Assembly: GCA_003693705.1 (NCBI GenBank)
Contig: RBZT01000711.1
Span: 1-64,000 of the forward strand
DNA: 64,000 bases
Source of the DNA: Polymyxa betae A26-41
Lineage: Eukaryota; Protista; Endomyxa: Phytomyxea
Direction: 5' to 3'
Below the pieces are notes generated by a model, which saw nothing but the letters and a program-made list of their open reading frames with translations, was not told the DNA's origin and did no database searches. How positions within the stretch are numbered: the stretch's first letter is position 1; each line of letters opens with the position of its first letter. A program made the position numbers and the translations under genes. Shown piece after piece: positions 36,550 through 49,239 of this stretch.

Positions 36550-37838
36550 ATGGATGCTTTCTGGCAACAGTTTCAGCCCAAGCTTCTCGACGACAGCAGT
36601 GAAAGCGATCTTGGCCATGATGATTTACTTTTAATGATGATGATGGATGAATCCGAATGCGAAGAATCCAAGATCACAGGCTCTCGACGTGGCAGAAAAC
36701 CGAACAAGGACCGTAAAAGAGAACACTATGATGGGCTCTTATTTCATGATTACTGGGGTCCAAATCCAACGTATAACAATGATAATTTTCGAAATACGTT
36801 TAGCATACCGATCGAGCTCTTTGAAGAATTAGTGGCTCGCTTGCAAGAGCAGGATCATTATTTCATTCAAAAGCGCGATGCTTTGAACAAAAAGGGCTCA
36901 GTGCAAGACAGAAGATAGCATGCGTTATTCGGATCCTTTCTAGCGGATCGCTCAGCTCAGCAGAAAGACGATCACTATCGAGTGGGAAAGTCCACTATCC
37001 TTGAAAGTTTGAAACGGTTTTGTGTTGTGATAGACGCGAGTTACGGCGAGGTAGCTCTACGCTCTCCAAACATCGACGACCTGAATAGCATCCTGGATGA
37101 GTCCCTGCAAGATGGATGGCCAGGCTGCCTGGGCACGATTGATTGCATGAACTGGGCCTGGAAAAACTGCCCTGCCGCGTGGGCAGGGATGCTTACCGGC
37201 AAGGAGGGCTATCCAACCGTAAAGCTGGAGGCGATTGCTGACGGCCGTTGTCGGTTTTGGCACTTTTTTTATTACCAAGCTCGTTGAATGATATTAACGT
37301 GCTTGACCGCTCACATCTTCTCAAGGAGGCGATCAATGGTAAAGCTATCACAGTCAAGTACAATGTCAATGGTAATGAGGATTCAATCCCTTTCTGGCTC
37401 GCTGATGGCATTTATCCCAACCACCATTGTTTCATGGCGAATCCTGTAATGCGTAAAGAAAACTGTTTCCCAGCAACAAGAGAGCAAAAGGAAAGACATT
37501 GAGCGAGCCTTCGGGATACTCCAAGCGCAATTTCACATCTTGACAGTTCCTTGTAAGCTTTGGTCTCGCGATGCCATGCGCGAAATCATGAAAACTTGTG
37601 TCATTCTCCATAATCGGATTTTAGATTTTAAGGAATATGGGTTGGATTCATCTTATATTACCCACGAGCGCTACAAACCTAAGCATCCGCCGTATTAGTG
37701 GATAATACGAGTAGCCGTCAGTTCTCTAGTATTGAAAAAATGATTAACCTCTCGAAGATTCAAAGTTCGGATCTTCATTTTGAACTAAAAGCAGATCTGA
37801 TCGAACGATTCTGGAATGTATTGGGTACGGCTCACTAA
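36550..37838 (+). pseudogene. Harbinger transposase (HARBI1/Plant_tran-like)
   Basis: GWPGCLGTIDCMNWAWKNCPAAWAG, LEAIAD, NDINVL, LADGIYP and DIERAFG motifs. Confidence 0.92.
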
Positions 37839-37860
37839 ACTCAACCTAGATCTCACTCAT

Positions 37861-38580
37861 TTAATCATCCATTGCTAAAACTTCCTCGTCAATACAGACA
37901 TTGAAGCCAGTTTCTGTTTTTTCTGCCAACCGTATGCGAATATCCAGTAATGCTTCCTCCTGCTTCAACTTTAAGAATTCTTGAGATTCTGGAGCACCAG
38001 AATTCATTGAGAACAGAGCCAAGATCAGCGTATCCAGTTGGACCTGTGCTCGGCGATCACTGTTTTCGGCCATTCGTAGATAAACGTTTCCCTTGAGCGG
38101 CTGGCATCCTGATCTGACTCGAATTTCAGCTTCTTGGCGGCCTTCTTCCCGATCTCGGGCCTAGGTGCACAACGGAGCGATCGATTGGATTCGGCTGAAG
38201 CATGAGCGGGAAGGGCTCTTTGACAGTCAAGGGCTGGTTCATCTGCTTCTTCCACATCATCATCGTCAAGCTCTAACGCTTTTTTCATCGGCTTAGTCAT
38301 TCTTTCTACCTCGATACAGAACTTGGGCATCTGCTTGACGATTGTCCAACAGACATCATGAACAAAAGGCTTTTGACTTCATCTTGGTAGTATTGTTTCG
38401 CGAATACCATATAATTTTCCAGAGACCACCCTGAATGGTATTCAGATATGGCTTTGTTCATGCAGGCCGTAAACTTCAACAAAGCTTTCTGGATTGCATT
38501 TACCCATCGAGTCTTAATCGCTGCTGCCGTTCGATCCTGAACAAGTCATTTCCGATAAAAAGGCCGAGCTCATGCTTAAT
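37861..38580 (-). pseudogene. Harbinger Myb/SANT-like DNA-binding gene, 3' part
   Basis: RTAAAIKTRW..KF, CWTIVKQMPKF and RPEIGKKAAK motifs; continues at 54495-54660. Confidence 0.8.
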
Positions 38581-38850
38581 TGTCATGAATGCGCGACCCC
38601 CAATAGTGCAGCTCAACTGCGTCGGACGTGAAGCTTCCAGTTTCAGTCACAGTGTCAGAATAAACGACTGCAACTTGTTTGGTCGAGCTGAGGTTAGCTC
38701 AGTTCGATCAACACCGGTTTTGGACTAATACTTGCTTCGTTTTCGTATTCTTCGCTCTCGACTCTCGTTTTAGATATATTAACTTCTTTTTATTCTCGTT
38801 CCGTTCCGAATTATCCATAGTCCCCTCTCGCCTCTAGTTAGTCCATTACA
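38581..38850 (+). repeat. Gypsy-A 5' LTR
   Basis: TG..CA direct repeat of 54223-54494. Confidence 0.96.
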
Positions 38851-38852
38851 GT

Positions 38853-38863
38853 TTGATCGAACT
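38853..38863 (+). promoter_or_regulatory. Self-complementary primer binding site TTGATCGAACT
   Basis: Perfect reverse complement of LTR 38701-38711 (AGTTCGATCAA). Confidence 0.8.
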
Positions 38864-40476
38864 AGAAAAATTGGATGAAAATTCTCCTTCTAATTCGTCA
38901 ATGTCTTTCGATGATTCTCCCAATATCATGTTCGCACACACGCCGATGCAGCTTACAAATTGTTCTTCCTCTGATGTTGAGACCTTGCTTCAGAATCTAC
39001 AAAATTACAAAATCAGTTGGTCTCTGTCACGCAGAGCCAATCGAGTCAGATTGCTGGCCTTTAGGAACAATTTGCGACTATCGCAAGTATTCGTAATAGC
39101 CCCTCTGACAGCATTCCGGTGTCTGTTATTACCCCCGCTCCTGGCTCCTTGATTTCTGATGAGGATAACGTGGCAACAGCCAACGGTGATCAGCGGACTT
39201 CCCATTCTCTATTTCAAAATTCTGTCGATCTTCCCAAACCCACAGTAGTTTTTCAGGTGATCGAAGAAAATTTCGACAGAGGATGTGTCAGGTAGAAAAC
39301 TATCTACGAATGCACGAACGATCGTTTCGTAATGATTACATACCGTGCCGGATTATTTACAAGTCTTCTTTCGGAATCTGCCTTAAATTGGTTAATGCCA
39401 TATGTCGAAGCCAGATCTCCCATCCTTGATAACTATAGTCAATTTATTGCTGAGCTTCGTCGGGCATTTGACGATCCAGATCGACGACAAAACTCCTCAA
39501 TGAAATTAAGACAGTTACGGCAAGAACAGTTTTCGACTTTTGCAGAATTTGACTCTGTATCGACTTTTATTACCCTACGTAGACTGGACCAAAACCTCAA
39601 AAATACGAGCACTTTCGAGAAGTTCTTAACCCGTCAACGGAAAGAATGTTACGAATCGCACAAACATGTGGAAACGCGAAACTCAAGACGTTAGACGATG
39701 TAATTCGCACAGCCGCTGTTATCGATTTGGAATTTCCGTCGGGATCAGAGCCAGATACTGATCGGCCTCGACCAACCCCGGCCCGAACAATCGATCAACC
39801 TCGAACAGCAATATACCTTCCAATAACCCTTCCGGGCCTCGCTCATTATCGGATAAAGAGCGTGAACGTCGTCGTGAACACGAGCTATGCTTGTATTGCG
39901 GTGGCGAACATCTGATCTCACACTGTCCTATTTTGATGAATCGCAAGAATTCGTCTATCCCACTAAACTCTACTGTTAACCCTTCTCCGGTTTGCTATCT
40001 CAGCATCCTTAGTTTCAGATTCCATCCATCCTATAGATATATTAATTGACAGTGGCGCTGGAGGAAGTCTTATCAGCCTAGCGTTAGTGAAAAAATATAA
40101 TCTGAACACTTGGAAATTAGATTCGCCTATTACATTTTCTTCATTTAATGGAGCGCCCGCCGCTTCGATATCTATGGAGTCTTTTTTCCATTTGGAGCTA
40201 TCCGAAACCAGTTTTGAAGTGCGAGCTTGTATCCTGCCTACCTGTCGCTTCGACATCATCCTGGGTTTCAATTGGCTGAAGCGGTTTAATCCTAAAATCG
40301 ATTGGGAGGAAGGCGCGGTGTCTCTTCCCTTGGCTAAGGCCAAACCTGGTACGCCAGTCATCCCCCTACTGACGCTTGATATTGCAGACGCACCACCACA
40401 AGTTCAAGCAACCGAAACCTTGCCCCCTGCATATTCGGATTTTGACGACGTTTTCTCGAAAAGGAGTGCTGACATA

Positions 40477-41019
40477 CAAGAGATATCCGTAAACGTAGCC
40501 AAACTGCCGGTAGTAACCCGAAGTTTCACCAAAACTAACGGTGGGCTGCGCCAAAAATGCGGCGGAGCCTCCATACAAAAAACTATTGGTGAAACTGAAA
40601 TGACTACCGAAACTGGGGGTGGCATATTTTCGCCCTCAGTTTTGGACCACGGGCTGCGTCAGCATTGAAGGGAGCCATTTTCAGCAGCTTTTCTGGCTAC
40701 ATCTGCCTGTCAGATACTGGTGACGTCACTGCAGGAATGTCATGTTCCTTGGACCTCGACAGTCTCCATATGGAGAGCAGTGCTGACCGCTTTGCTTCTG
40801 GTTTAGTCGAAGCAGTCGTCTACAGCAGTATCAGAACCGTCGTCACGGGCGATCTCGTCCCAAATATTCGATAATCACACAAGAAATAAAGTTTTTTAAA
40901 AACTGCCGGCGAAATTTTGAAATCAGGGACCAGTTTGCGGATACCAGCACAAACTGCGGGTCACCGCGTTTTTTAACAAAACTGTCGGTGAAACTGCGGT
41001 CGACGTTTACGGATTTCTT
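40477..41019. mobile_element. Non-autonomous TIR element (about 540 bp) in Gypsy-A pol
   Basis: Splits FSKRSADI|LPPHRPYD; TIRs AAGAGATATCCGTAAACG / CGTTTACGGATTTCTT; apparent TA TSD; AAACTGC(C)GG subterminal repeats. Confidence 0.8.
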
Positions 41020-41654
41020 TACTACCTCCACATAGACCTTATGATTGTACGATTGACATTCAACCAAACACCACCCCTCCATTCGGCCCGATTTATTTTT
41101 ATCTATCGAAACGAGAAACGGAAACCCTGCGCGAATACATCAACGAAAACTTGCAGAAGGGATTCATTCGGCCTTCACAATCTGCTGTAGCTCACCTGTC
41201 ATGATCGTTCTTCAGAAAGACAAATCGTTACGGCTATGTGTAGATTATCGTAAAATCAACGACTTTACTGTTAAGAACCGATATCCTTTGCCCTTGATAC
41301 AGTCGCTGTTATCGGAGGCATCGTCAGGAAGTATTTTCTCTAAAATCGATCTACGTGGCGCCTACAATTTAGTGAGGATTAGAGAAGGGCTTTTCGGCCT
41401 ATACGAGTACCTCGTTATGCCTTTCGGCCTAACAAATGCTCCAGCTTGTTTTCAGCATTTGATGAACGATATCTTTCTTGAGCACATCGGCAAGTTTGTG
41501 GTATATACTATATCTGGATGACATCCTTGTCTATTCTGCCAACGAATCGGATCATATCACTCATGTACGCTCTGCTCTATCACTCTTGGGCGAAAATGGC
41601 CTTTATGCCAAATTAGAAAAATGTGCTTTTCACCTACCTAATGTTGATTTTATT

Positions 41655-43907
41655 AAAGGTGTCCGCGAATGTGAGTGAGCTTTAACCCTCAACTGTCTGT
41701 CACTGGAAGAACTTTGCAGTTGTTCGAATATGTCACAGATCTTTGCAAATTCTGTGAAAACAGCCTGTTACACATAAAAGGGCCTAATAAATGCGATTTA
41801 TTTTTGAAAATGGATATCTTCTTGGGCTACGAAAAAAGCGAAAACAACGTTTGACCGATCAGCTTTTGAAGACGATCTATTTCAAATTCTTGCAACCTAT
41901 TCACAGATGACGAGTTGTTGAACGAAGATCAGAACTTGAAGATGGCGTTCGTGATCAGCTAGTTCTGCTGCAGCGTACTCCTTCCTATTTTCGAATTATT
42001 ACCAACTTTTCTGCAGAAGAATTCGAGGAGCCCTCAAGTCGAGTCTGTCCGATTCTTGCAACAACAGCCCGCTCAACAGGACAGCAGCGCTCTGTCTTTG
42101 GAAGGCAGCCGAAGCTCTCATCTCAGCAACGTCTGTTGCTGTTTGTGCTGTATTTGAAGCACGACAACACTGTGCGAATGAACGCTTTTACTTGGAACTG
42201 GGCGAAATCGTCAACAAGCGATGACATCTTGTTTGTCTCTTCCTGTATCAATGCCGCCTTGCACGATGAATTGCGTTGGCCATCTAAATCGGAGCGCTCT
42301 ATTTCCTAGGGTTTATCGACGGCACGCTTATACAAATCAGGCGTCCCTCCAATGTTGACAGTGATAGACCATGGTATAACGGACGAAAGTCCATGTATTG
42401 CTTAAACAATACGGCGGTGATTGATCATCGTGGTTTATTTATTTACATAGACAGTGGATATCCAGGATCACAAGAACTGGCGTCAATACTTCACTCATCG
42501 CGATGATTATTTTGAATACTTATTAGGCGATCCTGGTTACGTGGGAGAGGAGATGTTTATAATGCGGCGAATAGGGCGCAGAGAGATCCCTGAAGACGGC
42601 AACGTAGATGTGATTGACGCTTTTAACGCTATCCATGCGGGATACCGCGTTCGCGTTGAATGGGGCATTGGATTTCTCGTACGAAAATGCAAAATATTCA
42701 TGAAGACGTTTGAATCATCACGTGATAGATTTCCTCATCTTTTTCGCAGTGCAGCAATACTGACCAACTTTCTGCAAAAACGACGACTGGATATGACCGC
42801 TGAATTGGAGGAAGGCCTGGATCAGAATATTGGCTGGGATGTTGCTGAATAAACAGCCAGAATGCTACCGTAGATCCCGGGGAAATATCCACTACGGATC
42901 TGATAAAATGGATACTGATTTGATAGGGTAGTGGCTATTTCGCCGGGAGTTTTGAATCGATTTGGTGTATTTTTTCTCACTGACTACACTTCTGTATAGC
43001 CTTTTAAAAATAGATTCTAACGGTATGCGGCTAGCTTGCCCATGCGTATTCACATATCCGTTTAGCATGGGTCGTGGAATGTCTCGCTACACTCTTCTGG
43101 AGAAGAAAGCCATCGCACGAAAGGCTTATGAAGAGCCTGGTCGTGTCTATGCAACAGCAAAGAAATACCTTGTTGATCTCCGAAATATTAAACGATGGAA
43201 GAAGCTTCTAGATGTGGAAACAATGAAATCGGGTGCTAAAATGCACCGTCCTAGTAGTTCTGTTCATGCGGAGGACCAGGATGTTTATGACCACCTTCTA
43301 CATGACTTTGAAGTTGAAAGTGCACGTTCGGTGCCAGTTTCTGTGTCGATGTTGCTGCACGAATCTCAACGGTAAGCGGGTTTCTTGCGAACCTAGGGTT
43401 AGGGTTTGGATAAATGGTGTAGGTTTCGCCCAGGTTTTCTGGCCGACAATCCTGTGGCCCTACGAAAGCGAATATATAGATTCTTGCATCGCGAAAAGCT
43501 AGGACAGTGCCGAGCCACACATAAGGCTCAAAATACACGACATTGTGCTGACACAGTCGCTGATTTTGTTGCATGCGTTAATAAGCACATAGCCATGATG
43601 CAATCCAACTTTTTACAGGGTGGAGAACTGTCTGGACCCAGAGCTGATGCTGATTCTTCATTGCTAAGATCAACAGCTGCTGTAGATGATATATCAGATA
43701 CAATATCAACTTGGTCCATAGTGATATTTTTCTGCAAAATTTTGCTAGAGTCGACAGTCTGTGAAACAGTTTGAGGGACGATTTATTGGGCTTCGAAAAG
43801 TTTGCAGGATCTTTATCAATGACTGTAAGCACCAGGAGACTCCCCCGAATTTTTGAGATGAAAAGTCTTTCACTCACAGACTTTTAAAGCCTTTTGCGGA
43901 CATCTTT
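41655..43907 (+). mobile_element. PIF/Harbinger element (H3) in Gypsy-A RT
   Basis: Splits VDFI|GYQIS; TIRs AAAGGTGTCCGCGAA / TTTGCGGACATCTTT (13/15); ATT duplication; transposase GFIDGT..YNGRK..LLGDPGY..RVEWGIG. Confidence 0.88.
42868..43605 (+). mobile_element. Truncated pogo-like transposon 5' end (HTH/CENP-B region) nested in H3
   Basis: TA followed by CCGTA terminus; YTLLEKK..TAKKYLVD.RNIKRWKK; intron 43372-43422 restores the frame into RIYRFLHR...RATHKAQ. Confidence 0.7.
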
Positions 43908-45489
43908 ATTGGATATCAAATTTCGCATAGATCTTTGCAAATGAACTCAGTCCGAGTTCGATCCGTCTCTTCTTGGCCAGAACCTACCTGCATGAAAGAG
44001 GTGCAATCCTTTCTTGGTTTTGCCAATTTTACAGACAATTTATTTGTGAATTCGCCAAAATCTGTTTACCTCTTGACGCATTAACACGAAAGGACGTCGA
44101 ATCCAAATGGGATGCGTCGTGTAGCTGGTCCTTTCAGCAGCTTAAAACCGCGTTCATTCCAGCACCTATATTGTCCACTTTCGACCCTTGTTTGCCGTTA
44201 ATTGTCGAAACGGATGCATCTGACTATGCTATCGGCGCGATTCTTTCACAGACTCATAGCGATGGAGATCACCCGATCGCTTTCTTTTCTAGGAAATTAA
44301 CATCAACCGAACTCAGCTACGAAGTTTACGAGAAAGAGCTGTTAGCGATTGTTGGTGCTTTCATGAGTGGAGACATTTTCTTAACGGTGTTAGCAAACCT
44401 GTGGTAGTCTGGAGCGACCATCGGAACCCGCAATGGTTTATGACCTCGAAAAGATTTAATCGACATCAGGCTCGCTGGTCGATCTTCATGTCTGAATTTT
44501 CGTTTGTTATTCCGCATCGGGCAGGCTCACTGAATGCCAGGGCGGACGCTTTATCACGCCGGTCTGATTACATCACTAAGACTGCTGCCACCCTGCCTGT
44601 ACTTGACTCTAAATTATTCATCAATAGCATATCTGTTACCACAAACTCTGCAGATCTAGATGAACTACGCCATTATCTTCTCAACATAAGCTCGACAACT
44701 ACGATGAAAAGCAGTTCTCGTTTGATAAAGGGACGCTTTACTTTAAAACGCCAGCTCAAAGCCGACCACGCGGCCCGCCTTGATGTCCCGAGGTTAAGGC
44801 ACGATTCCGTTCTTGCCGGGCATTTTGGCGTTTCTAAGACCTCTGATCTGGTAGCACACGACTATTGGTGGCCAAACATGAGTACTACGATCCGCGATTA
44901 CGTTCTGTCTTGTGATGTTTGTGCACGGTCGAAAAGGTTCGCAAAAAACCTGTCGGATTATCATTGCCGCTTCCTATGGAATCTAAGCCATGAATTCAAT
45001 TTCCATGGATTCAATCGTTAAGATCCCTCGTAGCTCCCATTATGATTCTATTTTAGTCATTGTAGATAGATTCACAAAAATGGTCATTTCATTCCATGTA
45101 AAGAATCCTTGACCAGTTCAGACCTTGCTTTATTTGTAGTTTCCAGCTGTGTAAAATTACATGGTCTGCCTGACAACATAGTTTCAAACAGGGGACCCCA
45201 ATTCGTCAGCAAGTTTGGAAAAACCTTCTCCAACAACTCGGCATTCAACGAAACCTTTCCTCAGCACGCCATCCAGAATCCGATGGACAAACAGAACGGG
45301 TAAATCAAATACTTCAACAATATTTGCGATGTTTTGTTATTGTTTCGCAAGACGATTGGAGTTCGCTTCTCGCAATGGCTGAATTCGCTTATAATAACAG
45401 CACACGCCCCTCTTTTAAATTTAGCCCTTTCTATGCTAATTACGGCTATCACCCTCGTTTTGATTTCCGGTGTGCTGCATCTGGCTCTT

Positions 45490-48400
45490 TCTCGCGTCCA
45501 ATAATCAGCGATCTTCGCATCGCGGCAAACGAGGAGGGCGTAAATTTCAATCCAAACCCAAAACGGAAGATATCATTTGTAAAAGATGTCAAGAAAAAGG
45601 GCATTACGCGAGTGACTGCACGGCACCGGCGCCAAAACCGAAGCCTTTTAAGACTGAGACTTCTTTCGCCGCATCGTTTTTCGGAAAGGTCGCCGAGCCG
45701 GAATGTGAAGCTAAACAGCGATGGTTCATAGACTCAGGAGCCCGCGCTCACATGACTGGTGATAGCTCGCTGCACAATGATGACGTTAATCCTACCCCAT
45801 CTTCCACCTGCGTGACGATTGGAAACGGCTCAACCATGAAGGCGGAATACTTTGCTAGCGCTTCTGCTGGACCTGTGAAATTGCAGAACGTTTGGTACAT
45901 ACCCGGAATGGCTGCAAATTTGATCTCTGTTGATAAGGCAGGGTTGACGAAATTGTGTTCAAGCGGAAATCGATGTCTGTGCTATTTACCAAAGGTGGAT
46001 CCGTTATTGCAACTGGTTCCAGAAGGGCAAATTTACTCGCCCTCGAGAATCAGACCGCTGTTATGTGCGATACAGAACCGAAACCAGCTCGAGCAAAACC
46101 AACTGATGATTATCATGGCTGGCATCTTCGTCTCGGCCATTTACATTACTACGCCATTCGTCAATTAGCAAAACCTGGAATTATTGTTGTCACTGGAAGT
46201 ATTCCCAGCGTGCCGTGTGAAGCCTGTTTACTAGGAAAAACAAGTCGACTCCCATTCGGCAATCGTCCCCTGCCAATTCGTTCAAGTTCACCTTGTGAAA
46301 TCATTCATAATGATGTTTGTGGCAAACTTCCCACAACTGTACTGCGAGGCGAAAACATTTTTGTTACCTTTATTGACGATTTTTCACGTTTTTCGGCAGT
46401 TTATGCAATCCGCAGCAACGCCGAGACGATTACAAAATTCAAAGAATTCGTCTCCGCTATTGAAACGGAGTTGGGAACAAGGGAAGTCAAAACACTAATT
46501 TCTCAGATAACGGGGGCGAGTACATAGTCGACGAGTTCGTGGCCTATTTGAAAAAAAGGGAATTCGTCACGAGAGAACACCTCCTTATACCCCTCAACTA
46601 AATGGAGTCGCCGAACGCGCCAACCGAACGCTAATGGAAATGGCAAGATCTATGATGGCGCCGATAGACTGCCCGCGCTCATGGTGGCCCGACGCGATAA
46701 TCTATGCAGCTTATGTTCGCAATCGGGCGCCTTCCCGATCAATCAATGGCGACACTCCTTACCACCGTCGTTTTGGTAAAATACCGAATCTTGAAATGGT
46801 CCACACATTTGGTTGCTAAGCTTACGCCATGATTCCAGATGAGCATCGTAATAAGCTCGACTACAAAGCACAACCATGGAGATTCATCGGTATTGCTCAA
46901 GGCGAAAATGGGTACCTGTTACGAACCTCAGCTGGAACTACAATCATGTCACGCGAAGTTCGAACTTTTCTGGATAAGCCCAATCTTACGCCACCCTATA
47001 CAACACCTACGGTACCTCATGAGGAGGGAATCACTGACGAAAATGATGTTACTATCTCCGATTCTTCTGATATCGATGAACATGCGGATGACGAAGATGT
47101 TGTATCTGCCGACCTTGAGGATACAAAAGCTGCCAAATCAAACGAACATACATCACAAGATCCTCAGAACGTGAGCTCTACCAGGTATGGCCGTCGAACC
47201 TATGCACCGCTGCGTTGGATCGACGAAGTTCATTGCACATATAGTTACTCAGCACGTGAACTCTCGCTTTCAGCACCAGCATCCTATCATCTGGCTGTTA
47301 CTGGTCCGGATCGTGATGAATGGCTCGCTGCAATGACGAACGAAATTGAAAGTATGGAACGCAATAAGACCTGGGAATTGGTCGTACCTCCCAGAAATGT
47401 AAATTTTTTGGGCTGCCGGTGGGTCTACAAAATCAAGACCGATTTAGATGGAAACGTAGACAAATACAAAGCTGGCCTAGTCGCACGTGGTTTCTCCAAA
47501 GTCCATGGCGCTGATTACACCCACACATTTGCTCCGGAAATTTCTCTTGCGAGCCTAACAATATTTTTCAGTATAGCCGCTTCGCTTCGGGTACGACCTC
47601 ATCACCTCGATGTGGTTACAGCATTTCTGAATTCGCCGCTATCTGAGACCATTTACATGCGTCAACCGCAGGACTTCGAAAAGCAAGGACAGAATGGCGA
47701 ACAATTGGTTTGCAAATTGAACCGAGCAGTCAATGGCCTGAAACAATCAGGTCGTGAGTGGTGGAAGACCGTTTCCAACACACTTCTGGAAATAGGTTTC
47801 AAGCCGACTGCCGCAGAGCCTTGCCTTTTCTTTCGTGGATCTTGTGATCTGATCGTTATTCTCGCTCTATACGTTGATGATATTGGAATTGCAACTAAAG
47901 ATATGAATCAATTACAGGAAATCAAATCGACTTGGCGTCTAAGCACCGCATCAAAGACCTCGGCGAAATGTCCATCATTTTGGGCATGAAAGTGGACTTT
48001 GATGAAGTCTCCGGATCCATCACTTTATCACAAAGTGCTTACATCGAGCAGATCCTGAAGAAATACGAGGTGACCAATTGCAAATGAGCCGTGACACCGT
48101 TGCCAGGAGGGACCGTTCTTCTCCCAAATTCTGACGATGAGAAGGACAATAACTTACCTTACCGTGAATGTATAAGCAGCTTAATTTACGCATCGAGCTC
48201 TACACGTCCAGATACCTCTGTCGCTGTTAATTTATGTTCGCGTTTTGTATCAAATCCTTCTAAAATGCATGTCACTGCTCTACAACATATTCTTCGCTAT
48301 CTTCGCGCTTACCCAGACATCGGCATTACATTCTCTGACAAAACACGCAATGGCAACCCTCAGCTGCACGTTTACGTCGATGCTGACTGGGCTGCTGATC

Positions 48401-48969
48401 AACATTAGAGAAAATCGATTTCTGGTATCGTTGGCATACTTAACTGCCCGATTTTCTGGTCTTCGAAGCGACAGCAGTGTGTCGCTCTATCCAGTACTGG
48501 AGCCGAGTATGTCGCCGCATCAGCCGCCTGCCAACAACTTCAATGGTGTCGTCAAGTTCTGAATGAGATCGGAATTAAACAAGACACTACCGACGTATAA
48601 GAAGACAATCAAGCGACTATTGCTTTGGCGCTTTCCGAAAGCATCACACGGCGTTACAAACATATCGATGTCCGCCATCATCTCATACGCCAATTGGTCC
48701 AAGACGGCGTCGTGCGACTCCAATACTGCAAGTCGGAAGACAACCTAGCAGATATAATGACGACAGCACTCACTCCTGATAAATTCAAGAAACCGCGTAC
48801 ACAACTCACTTACACTCCAAGTGGCCGCGCTGATATCTGAGGAGGGTGTTGAAAACCCTAAACCCTAAGATCAGTTTACATCTATCAGGCGCGTGCTTGC
48901 TCGTGCCTCTCTGACTTTTTTTAATTTACCTATATCAAAGACAAATCCGTAATCCTAACTTTAATATCA
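45490..48969 (+). mobile_element. Copia-C, 5' truncated, nested in Gypsy-A
   Basis: CKRCQEKGHYASDC, WFIDSGA, WHLRLGH..CEAC, LYVDDI and YVDADWA motifs; PPT GAGGAGGG then LTR from 48847 (end at ~48969 inferred). Confidence 0.92.
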
Positions 48970-49037
48970 GAAACAGCAGCGGATTCATCACTTATAGCAG
49001 AGTTTATTTCGGTAACCATGGTGGTATCCATTAGAAA

Positions 49038-49111
49038 CATACAAACTCGGTGTGAAACTGGGAAGACACCGACTTTTGATAGTCTTCCCAGTTTCACTCC
49101 TAGTTTGTATG
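49038..49111. repeat. 30-bp inverted repeat (hairpin) upstream of Gypsy-B gag
   Basis: Arms 49038-49067 and 49082-49111 are 28/30 complementary; 14-nt loop. Confidence 0.9.
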
Positions 49112-49239
49112 ACTGGCTGTCTCATAGAGAGGCCGCTGTCAGGATCAAACAGAGTTTGCACTGAACTCAGGGCAGCGCCACAGACTTTAAGGCAATTTAC
49201 GGAAAGATCTAAAGATCAGTTCGTTCTTTCTTAGCTTTC

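Larger units (their letters stand above)
38901..45480 (+). pseudogene. Gypsy-A gag-pol, interrupted by a MITE and a Harbinger element; 3' end deleted
   Basis: ORFs 39332-39694, 40087, 41201-41521, 41478, 43973-44407, 44401-45021, 45109 and 45324 in GAG-PR-RT-RH-INT order. Confidence 0.92.
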
